Shown: positions 24,517-36,800 of the stretch, in pieces
How the letters are laid out: each line of letters opens with the position of its first letter
Numbering within the stretch: position 1 is the first letter of the stretch
The notes under the pieces: generated by a model
The model's input: only the letters and a program-made list of their open reading frames with translations
Told to the model about the DNA's origin: nothing
The model's database searches: none
Origin: Sphagnum compactum
Lineage: Eukaryota
DNA length: 64,000 nucleotides
Reading direction: 5' to 3'
NCBI GenBank assembly: GCA_965153455.1
Contig: OZ234493.1
Location: forward strand, 26,216,213 to 26,280,212
Made by a program: the position numbers and the translations under genes

Positions 24517-25244
24517 CTAGTGGGTACCCGTGACCTTGGGGCACTGCGAAGTCCCTCAGTTTTTTTAAACTTGGTTCATGTTTTAGTTTTTTTTAGAAAC
24601 TTTGAACTTTTGTGTTTTTGTTTGATTAGATGCAGGTTTGAAGTTTGGAAAAAGAAGACAAACCTCATTTTATTTTTTTTCAAGTATGGTTTTTTTTCTC
24701 TTTCTTTTTAAATTATTTTATTGTATTTTCCTTTTTTGTTTCATGTTTAAATATATTTATTTTATATGTTTTCATTTTGTTTCTATTTTTAAGTGTTTTA
24801 AAAAAGTTTCTATTTTTTAAAGTGTTTTTTTGTTTTTATTTTTTTTCTAGTTTTTTCCCTTTTAAAAATGTATATTTGTTCCGTTTTTTTCCTTTTTGTT
24901 ACAACTTTGTTTCATTTTATTTATTTATTAATAACTTGTTTTCTTCTTTTTTAATTTGAGATTTCTTGTGTTGTTTTAAAAAGATTTCTTCTCTTGTTTC
25001 TCTTTTTTTTTCCAACAATTTTTAGTTTTTAAAAATTAGTTTGTAGCTTTTGGCAAATTGTAAGACTACAAGAGTTTTTCATAAACTACAGGATTAGATT
25101 TCATAAACATTTGGATAAACTGCTGCTGCCGCCATTCGTCCTCCTCCTCTTCCGGGATGAGGAACTTGGATGGATGGATGACGAGACAAATGACGAGACG
25201 AATGGATGAAAAGGACGACCACCCAAGGATATTATATAAGTAGA
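24517..25244 (-). mobile_element. Non-autonomous Helitron-like element
   Basis: On the minus strand it starts TCTACTTATATAAT... and ends ...GCAGTGCCCCAAGGTCACGGGTACCCACTAG|T, i.e. a GC-rich imperfect hairpin followed by CTAG-T. There are no TIRs and the interior is A/T-skewed. The 5' flank is T rather than the canonical A. Confidence 0.6.
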
Positions 25245-25426
25245 AAGGTCTTGTGGATAGACCTTTTTCCTATACTTGATGCCTAGTTTGTCACACACGA
25301 TCCCCATGTACTAGTCATGAAACCCTAAAATGATCACAATCATAACTTAGACCTCTTCTTCCCAAAAGAATTTTGAGAAATTTTGAGAATCCCATTATGA
25401 GAAAAAAATGCACGATCCATTGTTCA

Positions 25427-25739
25427 GGTGACTTTAGACAAAGGTCAAGGTCCAGGGACCAATGAATTCAAGCGATGTTATTGGTCGAAAGCTTTAAATT
25501 GGTCCCAAGGCTTTCAGTTGAGGGTCCAAGACCAAAAAGTGGCAAATTGAGGCTAAACTCACCTGACACCTGTTTTGGAGGGAAAATCAATTGGTTTAGA
25601 CCAAAAAACAGTGCTAAAAGGAGAGCTCCTGATTTGAAGAACCAAGAATCATGCCAGGGACCAAGGTAGAGTCCTTCAATTTGCTTCAAATCAGTCCAAA
25701 TTGCTTCCAAGGAAATTGGACCCTGGTCTAAAGTGGGCC
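25427..25739. mobile_element. Small MITE-like element with imperfect terminal inverted repeats
   Basis: The left end is actttagacaaaggtcaa and the reverse complement of the right end is actttagaccagggtcca. Internal ggacca/tggtcc motifs recur. Confidence 0.45.
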
Positions 25740-26715
25740 TTAGATAGGGTTAAAATTCCCGTTAAAATCCTTTTCACTTTTGTTTTTCTTTTTTTTTACA
25801 TTCCCCCCTTTCACTTTCTGGCCAAGTTCGCGAACTACTTTTGAACAATGGTGCAAAGTTCAAACACGTTTTCTAGAACGTGATGAGAACATTGTAGATG
25901 CTCATGGGGAACGATTGTGACAGGGGAACGTAAAGTTGTGGGAACGTAAGGTCGTGGATCTCCGAACTCCCATCTCTTGTGAGCAGCATGTCTTGTGCAT
26001 AGCGGGCTAATCTTTCGCCTTGTGAAGAAGAGGAAGAAGAAGAGGAGTGAGCTTTTTTAGGGTTTGCAAATTGCCGTCCATCTCGATTGCGCAATTCTTT
26101 TTCATAGCATCCGATGACAAGAGAATAATCTTCGGTGTGATCGAAATGCGCCAGCTTGTTCTGCAGTGGCCAAGATTTTAAAAAAAAAAATTCCCTGTTT
26201 TTGGGTAGTGTTTGAAGGGGTTTTTTCTTTGCTTTTTCTCTGTTTGGTGGAGGTCGGGGAGAGGGGCGTGGCTGATGGGTTGGTAGAGATTTCGCTCAGA
26301 AGCGAATAGCAAGAATGGCTTGAAGGAAGAGGAGGAGAAGATTGGTGCTAATGGCACAAATCAATCTGCTCTGGAATGAGAATTTTGTGACTGACAGATT
26401 TAAGGGTTTTCATTGAGAGCAAGAGAAAAAGAGAGGACTCTAAGGTCGTTGGCTTAGAAACTCTGAAAGGAACTACCTAAGTGATTAGAGAGTCTTAGCA
26501 TTGGAGAATACCACTGAGGAATGTAAGATAGGAAGCAGCAGCTCCGGAGGAGCCCAAATGGTAGCCGGTTTCTTAGTTTGTAGAAATATCAGTCGAAGGG
26601 AGTAGTTTCCTGCAGCCAGCCATGCTGCTCACTTTATTAGGTTCAGAAGCTCTTATAACTCTTGCTGGAGTGAGAGTTTCTTTTATGTGTAGATTGTTTT
26701 AAAAGTGGGGTTTGG

Positions 26716-28989
26716 ATGTCTCAGTCAGCTATGGCAGGATCTGTTCAGAATTTGGCAGTAAGACCTAGCAATTCTACACTCAGACCTCATCACATTGAGA
26801 ATCAACAAGCAGCAGCAGCAAATGGAACTGACAATGGCAACCCCCCCGGTGGTGGTGGTGATGGGACATCATCAGAAGTGAAGAAGAATGGAGCAACTGC
26901 AAATGGAACTGACAATGGCACTCACCATCTCCTTCATGATGTTGGCTTGTCTCTTGTTTGGAGCCCTGCTGAGCAATCAAGTCTGGAGGAAGGCCTATTG
27001 AAGTAAACCTCCTCATTCATTGCCTTTTCTCGGAATGCCTTGACAGAGATACTTTCATTTGCATGCAGGAGGAGCCCCTTGAGCACTTTGAAGGTCTTGT
27101 TGTGAATCACCTTCTTGAGAATCACCTTCGAGGGTTTTGTAGTACAGACGAGACTTGGAGTTCATGATTGATAAATAGACTTAGTTACGAGCTTTCTGAC
27201 ATAGCTCCAGGAGTTTTGTGGGCAGATATGCAGACCAAAAAAACAGTCTTGTCAAGTATATCAAGCTCGCTGCACTTCTGCCAGAGAAGACTGTGAGGGA
27301 TGTTGCCCTGCGTTGTGTTTGGATAACAGTGAGTGTTTCCCTGTGCTCATGATAGCCTTATCTATCCTCCTTCCCTTGTTCCAGTCAATGAACCCAGATA
27401 TGTACCAATGGACACCTGCTTCGTTTACCATTTTTCCTGGGTAGGCTTTGTAAATTGTCAACTGGGGATGTCATATGCACAGAAGAAGGAGAATGGGAAA
27501 AGGCGAAAAGTTGAAGAGCAGAATGCATTGAAGAAAACCAAGGACAAGGTCTCCTGTTCTTCTAGTTGGATCCATCATTGTAAAATACAGATTGATTGGT
27601 TTTGGTATAGGGGAACAAATGTAATGTTAATGTCACAGGTTGTGGATGTAGACAAAACATTAGACATCTGAGGGGAGGGTGCTCAGTTTGTGGCATTGTG
27701 TTTTTAAGTCTTGGTTTTGTTCTAAACAAACTTGTAAATTTAATTTCTGTAGCAGGACAAGGTAGAAGCACCCACAAGACCAGTGGTAGCAGTAGCAGCA
27801 AGGGTTTCAATGCCTTTGTACACTCCACCTCCATCCCCCATAGACAATGATGATGGAATCTCTAATGATGGTATGTTTCAATTCTGGATTAGTTATTCTG
27901 TGTCCTGATGAAAAATTCTACCTCTGGAAGGCAAGGAGGGGCTTTTGTTGGAAAAGGGTTTTCATGTGTCATCTGTTGCATGTTTTCTCATTTGAATTGT
28001 GAAAGCTTTGAGGCCAGTTCTCTTTGTATTCTAATTGCAACCAACCATGAGATAGCTGGGATTGATGCAGCTATTGGAGGACCAACAGGTCATTTGCTTG
28101 AGCATAATGTACAAGTGATTGGACAAATTCGAGCCAATCTTGCCGCCTGCAAGGTAGTCTACACATAAGCATCTACAAATTTGTCTCTTGAGTGAATGAG
28201 CCAACATTGTGACTGAGTCTTCCTGTTGCTTCCAGAAGTGCAATGAAAAGAAGCATGTGGATTTTGTAGAGTTTTTTGCCCAGTTTGGACTGATTATTAT
28301 ATACTATCTACACCCATCCATCAAGATCTGATGAACTCAGGGTGTAATCAGGGCAGCTTGTCACTGCTATTCATGATGAAAGTGTTCTTTTGACAATTTG
28401 TGAGTTTCTCTCATAAGGTTATGATGGCACTCATTGTCATATTACCTTCAAATTGATATTGTTGAGATTTCTCTGCAATTTCATAGATATAAGTATCTGC
28501 AATTGTGGCTGAGTGTGACAGTTACAAGAACAACCAAAATTGGTTCTTGATCCTGTAAAGGGATACATCCCATTGTAATGTATTGGGGTTGAGGAAATGA
28601 CTATTGCAGAAGTATAGCTGTGGCTGACATGCTCACGGTTGAGTCCTTGTGTGGGTGGCAGCTGCAGGAGAATACGAAATTGCTGGTGCAGTTCCGGGAC
28701 AACATTTTTGCAATCTTGAATGGGTAGTCCAAAACTGTGTTTTTTCTCGCACTCTTTTCCTTTCGCAGTGTGACTGACTTAAGGATTAGACTGGAGAGTC
28801 ACCTTTCCTCTGATAGTGGCTTGTAATTTCGTGATTTGTTGACATGGAAGTCGTTTCTCTGGTTGACGCAGGATGACCAACATGCCAGGCACTATGAGCC
28901 AAATGCCTCCATTGCCAGTGAAGCTGAACTCAGAGCTGGCTGATAGGATTTTGCTAATGCCACAATCCTCAACTCCCCTACATCAATAG
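26716..28989 (+). CDS. DRIF: DRIF-like protein (atypical MYB/SANT domain + DUF3755). Exons: 26716-27002, 27226-27328, 27483-27548, 27753(or 27756)-27870, 28071-28153, 28662-28723, 28872-28989
   Basis: The spliced translation gives WSPAEQSSLEEGLLKYAD..KYIKLAALLPEKTVRDVALRCVWITKKENGKRRK (MYB-like). It also gives IGGPTGHLLEHNVQVIGQIRANL..LQENTKLLVQFRDNIFAILNGMTNMPGTMSQMPPLPVKLN (DUF3755). All joins are GT..AG and phase-consistent. Confidence 0.88.
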
Positions 28990-29923
28990 TTAGTTGCTAA
29001 TGAACCAAATGGGCATCACCATTGAAGCCTGGTGTTCTACTGTATATTACCCTGTTAGGTAAGCCTGTGCAGAACCAAATGATCAAGGTTTGCATGAAGG
29101 TGATTTTTCAATCTTGAGACCTCTGGCCCTTTGAAGTGAAGAGTGTAGTATTCTAACTCCTCACAATGGAGGTACAAAAGATGGTAGTCAAGGCTGTTGC
29201 TTTTGGTGTCAGGAGTTACTGTTGATCAAATAGAGATGATATCGATTTATTGATTTCCCCCTCTTGTAGAAGAAAGGGGTTGCAGGTGGAAAACAGTTAA
29301 TGAGTGATGGGTGTAGGGTTCATCATGAAGTCTGTAAGAAGGGATAGTTGTGGCTCCTACCAACTAATGAGATTCAGTTAGATGTCAACCAGTGTTGGGT
29401 GGTTACCAGAAATAGGAACACAGCCCATGGCAGTTAGCAGGGTGATTCTTAGGGTTCATAATGTCAATCTGATATATAAGCATGGCTCTTATAGCAATTG
29501 AAAAAATCAAATAACTGCCTTTATTATAGATGCTGGGTCTTAACTAGGTTTTTCATGGAAACCGCCATTTGTCTGATGTTTTTGAAATAACCAGAACCAA
29601 TGCTTCTCTGATTCTGTAAACCTAACCTCCCTCCTGCCTCCACCCCCAAACTTGGAACTGGCGGTCCCCTGATTGTGGGAATATTTGAAAATCTGGAGCA
29701 GGCAGTTCTTTATAAGTTCAAATAATTGCACAACACTGGTCTCAAGTTTGTTGTTATGCAAGCCATTGATGGGTGCAAAAATTATATATGTGTCGTCATA
29801 CAGCTTCAGTTTGGCATTTGTAACTGACGATCTTATGAGTTGATTGCGACACAAATTAAGTCTAGGGTCATGGGTTTAGTTGAAGAGCACAAAGACAAAC
29901 CTGAATTCTATAAATGTAAATAA

Positions 29924-29924
<1 letters not shown>

Positions 29925-29960
<36 letters not shown>

Positions 29961-29990
29961 CATTCCTCTCACAGACTCTGTGTGTGTGTG
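29925..29990. repeat. Compound microsatellite, (TA)15 followed by (TG)6
   Basis: Read directly from the sequence. Confidence 0.9.
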
Positions 29991-32332
29991 CATACATACA
30001 TAAGTATAAATGTATATGTGTTGTGCCATTGTATAGCTGATTTATTACAACAAATCTTCTAAGTTCCCATGAAATCTATTACATACCCAAAGTGGAACCA
30101 GTGTTGGGTGGGTCTTAGGTTTTTAGAGACCCGTCAGGTCCAGGTTTCAGAAGCTTTTCTGATACCCGTCTTGGTTCTTTATTTTAATATTTTTTTAATT
30201 AAAAAAGCAGACCCAGGAAGGGTTTCCAAAAAAAAAAAATTAAAAAATTTCCTGAGTTTCAAAGTCCCTGTTCTTAAACACTTCGTACCAGTTGGTTTTC
30301 AAAGGTGGTTCTTAGACAAAGGGTATTAAAAGTTTTGTTATTTTGAACATTGAATTTTTTAATTATTTTTTTAAAAAATTAAAAAACATCAAAATCAAAT
30401 AAATTCTGCTTACATTTTATATGTCCAAATGTTCATCCCACTCAAAAGAACCTTCAAATCCTTAAAAAATTTCTAACTCCTCTTCAAAATTTAAATCCTT
30501 TTCAATCAGCTCTAGCAAATTGGAAGGTGGCTTACACTCAATTCTAGAATCATTTGACCAGTTTTTGCTCACAAATATCAACCTCTTTAAATTTTCTAAT
30601 TATAAATGACATTTCCTCAACTTTGTAAGTATCATTGCTAAAAAAAATTTCCTTTCAATTTCAATTTGTGACTCAAGAAGCCTTAAGATTTGCCAAGCCA
30701 AAAAACCAACAATAGAAAACATGGCTTCATATTTTGCCCACCATTGAAGAAAGCACTTGATTTCCTTGGAATCCAATTGATTATCTTCGTGACAAGTTCT
30801 ATGGTTGGCTCACTTGTGCTTAGATGTTAAAAACTATTTAAACCAAATTTTGCATCTCCTGTTTGATTTGCACATTCAACTTTAGATTCTACCATTGGGT
30901 GTAGATAATGATAACATTTTAAAAGCATAGGATATAATGATCATCTATTATATTCTTCAATAATATTCACCCCTTCTTCATGACAAATAAAAGAAAACAC
31001 AAGATGAAGGGTTTAGCATTAAAAATAACATGTGATAGGATTTTTTCTCATGTTTTTAAAAAAAGAAGGGGAATGATTCTAGAACATCACAAACCTTCTT
31101 CTTGATATTGATAGCACACAAAAATAATTCAAAAACAATTTCAAAATCATCATTAATCAAATTAATTGGGGGCATGTGAATTTGTAATTTTTTTCCTACC
31201 TTTTGAGCACATGCATTAGCATTTTACAATGCATCAAACAATAACCAATGGTTATTAGATTGGTTCAAAACACATGCACTCAATTCAAAAAAGAAAAACA
31301 AGAAAAATAATTTGTAAAAGATCAAATTTTCACCTTGTCTTCACTAGAATATTCAATTTTCAAAGAAATGTTTGAATTTAAACATGTTTTGTTCCATTCA
31401 TATCTGCCCTTCTTTGACATTTTAGGCCAAGTAATACATTTATGCAAATTTAATTGCAAGTACTTGATTGAATTAAATCAAAGGTTTTTGTAAGCCTTTT
31501 CATCAATTGTAGCATAATCACATGCCTTTAAAAAAACATGGCCAAAACAAGTGCTTTGAAAACTTTTATCTAAACCTAAAACTTCACAATTGATCGTAGT
31601 TAAATTTGACCCATCGTTTTTCACATATGCAATTATTATTTTTCTATTCCATATTGATCAAATAGTTTTGTCAGATTGGTGGCTTGACCAATAGTTTTTA
31701 TTGCTTCAAACAGCCCAATAGTCACTTGTTTAGGTTGCTAATCAAATCCCAAGGAGTTAATCATAAGAGCAAAAGTATCTACCCCCTTGGACATCCATAA
31801 ATCAAAACTCAATGTTGTATATATTATACAATCTCTCAAATTTGGCAAAAATATGCTTATCTTGTTTTCTCCACCGATTTAGGTAATATTTCATGAGAAT
31901 TTTATTTTTTAAAAGGAGGTTTTGTATTCTTGCACAAATTTGGGTGTAATATTTTGCTAAATTGGTATAAGTAAGCCACACATATAATTTGTACAACTTA
32001 ACACAATTTGCTTGTATATGAACATGATTAATTCCTACGATGTGAACATGATAATGATTTGGTGTAAAATATATTTTATATGGTTAAAAGAACATGGTTA
32101 TGAAGGTCATTTTGAAGTTCATATGGGAAGGGGACATTGTAGCAATGGGATGAAAACTATGATGAATATGAAAGTAATGACCACTTTTGAACAAAAAGGT
32201 GATTAGTTTATAATCGTGATTTGTGTTATTTGTGAATAACATAGATGCAACTTAATGCATCAATATTTTTTTGAATTCAAATCTTGTACATGAATAACAA
32301 AGGTGATACCAAACTATCAATGATATGATTAT

Positions 32333-33825
32333 CATTATGAGAAAAAGGAGTGTTTTGCAATTGGCCTTGCAACACAAATTTTGAATTGCAAAGGACACTT
32401 ACAATTCAATTTTTGAGTTACCAAGGACACTTGCAATTCACTGTATTTATACACTGTAAGTGCTAACGAACAAGTTGCATGAATTGTAGAGTTGCAACTC
32501 ACCCGTATATACAGTGCAACTCATTGTAACTCAATTGCACCTTAGCCAAAACAATTTGATTTCAACTATTATGTAATTCCATTAGAACTGCACACATGAT
32601 GTCATGCTAATGTCATTAATTGCCATCCATTTATTAAAATTTGACACGTGGCATTATGAAGATTTTTGGACATAATTTTTGTGTTCAAAATATTGATCTC
32701 CATCATCCATTATGATTGTTAAGGATGGTCCAAGATTATGACATGTGGCACATAAAAAATTGCCACATGGCATATTAATTATATTTTGAAAATCTTTAAA
32801 AAAAAAATTTAGTAGTTAGGTAGGTCGTACGTAACCATAGGTAGGTAGGTTGGTAGGTCTTAAGACCTACATACCTACATATTTATTTAGGACCTACCTA
32901 CCTACTTACATAGGTAGGTAGGTAGAAAATTAGGACCTATTTACTTACCTAGTTAGGTAAATAAGTAGGAAAACACAAGATTAAGTCCATTAAATAATAA
33001 CCATGAAGTTTTATTTTTTATTTTATGTTTTGCCTTTAGGTTAAACTTTTTTATTAAATTAATCCCAAAATGGCACATGTATTTTAATGTGCTTGAACGT
33101 AAGAGAACAAAATTTCTTTATATAGTTTGTAACATGGGATTCAAAGATAAAGCATATGGTTTAAATCTTTTAGTTGTTCATTAGTTGCAAACTCAATTGC
33201 AACTATAACATTTAAGTGTTCAAAGTACGCCACATCAAAGGGGAGGGCTCCATTCTTTTTGGTGTTTAAAAAAAACTTGAACCCCTGCTATTAGTGCATA
33301 TGGTGCATTAAAAATCATTAAAAACAAAATCGATTGAGAAAGTTATGGCCCCTCAAAGTAGAAGGGGTCAAATTCAAAAAAAAAACCACCAAATGCTACA
33401 AAGACTGGTTCCCAAACAACATCAAAATTCTTTGTATGTTGCTCTATTGCTATTAGAGTTGAAAGATGAATTGTAGAACTTTAGGTGGCACTATTACAAC
33501 ACTTCAAATCATTTCAAATGAATAAGAAATAAGAAAATTATGAGGTTTGAAAGTAGGAGGGGTCCAAAGAGAAAAAATGGAAAAAAAAACGTTTTTTGTA
33601 AGTTGGAATTTTTTTTTTTCTTGTGATTTTTTCATAATTCATTTTCATTTGCACTTCAAAGATGATTTTTAGAACTTGTGGTAGCACTCCCATAGTATTT
33701 TAAATTGCTCAAAATGAAACACATATGATGAAAATATACATAATTGTATGACTATGTATCCTTACTAAGTTATAAATAATTGTATTATAGTCATAACATA
33801 GTTGAACAATAGTATTTTAGTAGTG
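32333..33825. mobile_element. Decayed DNA-transposon-derived sequence (CACTA-like), boundaries uncertain
   Basis: It starts cattatgagaaaaagg followed by dense ttgcaa/gcaact subrepeats. A (TAGG)n/(CCTA)n-rich inverted block lies at ~32815-32965, and a tagtagtg end at 33825. There is no ORF. Confidence 0.35.
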
Positions 33826-36800
33826 GCGCAACTAATTTTCGATTATGATTCCCACTGATACAATTTGTTGCAAATGTATCCCATAATGGGTGGTGGAAAT
33901 GTGGACATGTGGCATGATCGCATGTATGTACATTGTACATTAGTTGCAACATAGTTGTTGCTTTAGTGACACATTTATAATAGTTCTAAAGTAGTTGGCA
34001 CATGCAATTACAATGTAACTCCTAAAAAAATCAAACATGGTTGACTACATATGTATGTACGATGTATATTATATTATTGTATAGAAGACCCATTTTCAAC
34101 TCACTTGCAACTATAATACAATTAATTAATTTTTTGACATGATAATTTATTTATTAATACACCATATTTTTAAGGAGATAATTGTATAGTAGTTGTAATA
34201 CCCAATGGATAATTGCATAACAGTTGTATATGAGTTGTTTTTTGAGTTTTAGTTGGAAGGTAGTGTGGTTTTGGTGGACATGATTTCTATATGTGGATTG
34301 ATAGATTGAATAATATATGTGAGAATGGATGATCTTTTGTGGGGAAGGACAATGGAAGAACTCTTATTGTGCCCAAAAACTTGAAAGAGTAACACAAAGT
34401 ACAATAATATGTTCCCTTTATGTCATTCAAAATACTAGTTTCAAGAAACATTGGATATCTTTAGTTCACTTACTAATATTGCATCAAATGTTCAAAAACC
34501 TTCATGCATACGTTTTCAATCCAATACGTTGTTTTCAACCAATCATGAATAACCATTTGATTCAACTAAACCTAAATTTCAAATGTTTAACAAAAACAAA
34601 CCCTAGCTTTGAGTCAAAATGTAGACATGAACAGTGTTTCATTTTTCAATAGGATGGAAGTTGAACCTTTCATGTTAATTTCCAACCTAAGTAGAAAATG
34701 CTATTTGAGAATAACCACATTTAGTTGTTGAAATTCTCATGATTTATTTAGTCATTTTAATTCTTAACTTTTGATTAAGAATTATTAAGTAGCATTATAC
34801 ATTGAATGAATGTTTTGAACAATTTAAAACAAATAATTTCCATCAAATTTCAACTACATTAATCATCCAAATCATACATTTTGTGTAATCTATTATAGGG
34901 AAAATCTGATATACATATGAACTAAATGGTCTTTAAATTTGAAAAATATTTATTTGAATTATAATTTTTTGGTTCGTAAAATATGATCTACAAGATCAAG
35001 TTTTGGAAAAACCTTGATTTTTTGTGTAATGCAATTATGGCAAAAGTAATAACAATTGGACCTTGAAAATACACCATGTTCATTGGACCTAATAAAGGTA
35101 CTACCATGGGTTGCCTACAAGGCTTTATATGCAAAATATTTAAGGAAAACATGATTTAAATCTTTCATTCATTTATGATGAATTGATTGTTGAAGTCATA
35201 TAAACATTTCATTTAATGCAACTAATTTGATATTTCATTCCTCAAGGCATATAAGGTCATACTTGGATGAATACTATGTCATATTTTGATGCAATTTAAT
35301 GTTCATTATCATGATCATGTGAACTTCATTGACTATTGAGGAATATAATATACTTGAGAATTTAATGTAAGACATACCAAAACACTTTAATAAGTCAAAA
35401 TGTTCATGACATATGGTCATTCAATTTTGATGGAGTTAATATGAGTTTGTGATGACCTTATTTGTGTTAATGCTTCAGAAATAAAACAATATTGTTATTT
35501 CAATTTGTTTACCTGATTAAATCCAACCCAAAATGTTCATTTTCAAATTGAATTGAAATATGTAAAGTACTACCAATAATTAGTGAGAAATATAACAACT
35601 ATTTGTTATATTCTAGAAATCATACTAACATGCTTGGTTGGTTGCAATAGAAACATTTAAAAATATGTATTGCAATTTTTTTCAACTTGAATAACCAATT
35701 ATCAACCTGATGATTTATTAACTATAAATTTGAATTTATATCATATTGACTTCTTATTCAAAATTGCAACATAAAGTCACATAATTTAATGTATTACGTT
35801 CCATGCCTTAAATTATTATGTGACCATGCATAAAAATTTATTTATCATTGGTACCAAAATTTTCATCAAAATGTCACCACATAACATGACTGTTATTCAA
35901 GCAACACAAAATTGTGTAATATAAAATGACCTTCATTATTCATTGATTTTTTGTTATCATGATTAACATGAAAAATCTTCATAACAATTAGTCATGTTCA
36001 CGTGGAAGAAGAATCATGCAACATTATTTAATAATATGTAATTTTGGAAATGAATTCAAAACAATACTTTGACAATTGAATAAATCAGTAAAGATGAATT
36101 TTGACAAATAAAGCTTTCAATTTTACATTTGCCATCGCCTTCTATTATGTCATAACCACACTTGAAGTTACTGGTTACCATATAACTATTTACCTATACC
36201 CACAAGCACAACTCTAAAAGAAAAACCAAAATGAAGTTTTAAAAAAGTGAGCAAAAAAGTAGTCTTTGAGAAATCCAATTTTATGTTTATAATGAAAGTG
36301 CAAGATAATAAATATTTGAAACCTTTTCAAATATAATTATGAAACCATCATGCTTTTCATTGAATTTATGGTAACTTAATTATAAAGTTTCAAAGACTCT
36401 AATATAATAAAGATAAACAAAAATTAGGTTTGAAGTTAGGTGAACATCATATATTTCAAACATATTTTTAAATAATATATTTGATAGATTATGATTAATC
36501 AAAATTTAAAAATAAATAAATATATTCTAAATTTTCATCAAGTTGAAACTTTTATCCCAAATCCAATTAAATAATGAACACCTATTTTATAAGACACCAA
36601 GAAATCATTAAATTTCATGTTCCACTATCCACTAGCTTGTTTAAGCCCATAAAAACTCTTGTGTGGAATAAATATAATTTTCTTCATTTCCTAGTAACAA
36701 TTAACCCTTTACAGTGGCACATGTACTATATCTCTTCATGCAAATCAACATAGAGGAAAATGGTTTTAATGTCAAATGTGAATGATGTCAATATCCTCAG

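Noticed and set aside
24433-24959. Phe-rich ORFs resembling membrane proteins
   Set aside because: They are translations of poly-T low-complexity DNA inside the Helitron-like element.
26314-26415. Short upstream ORFs in the DRIF leader (MA*, MAQINLLWNENFVTDRFKGFH*)
   Set aside because: The transcript start and leader introns are unknown and no conservation evidence is available.
29390-29738. cagtgttg...caacactg pair as an intact hAT element
   Set aside because: The flanking 8-mers do not match, so the two ends may belong to different decayed elements.
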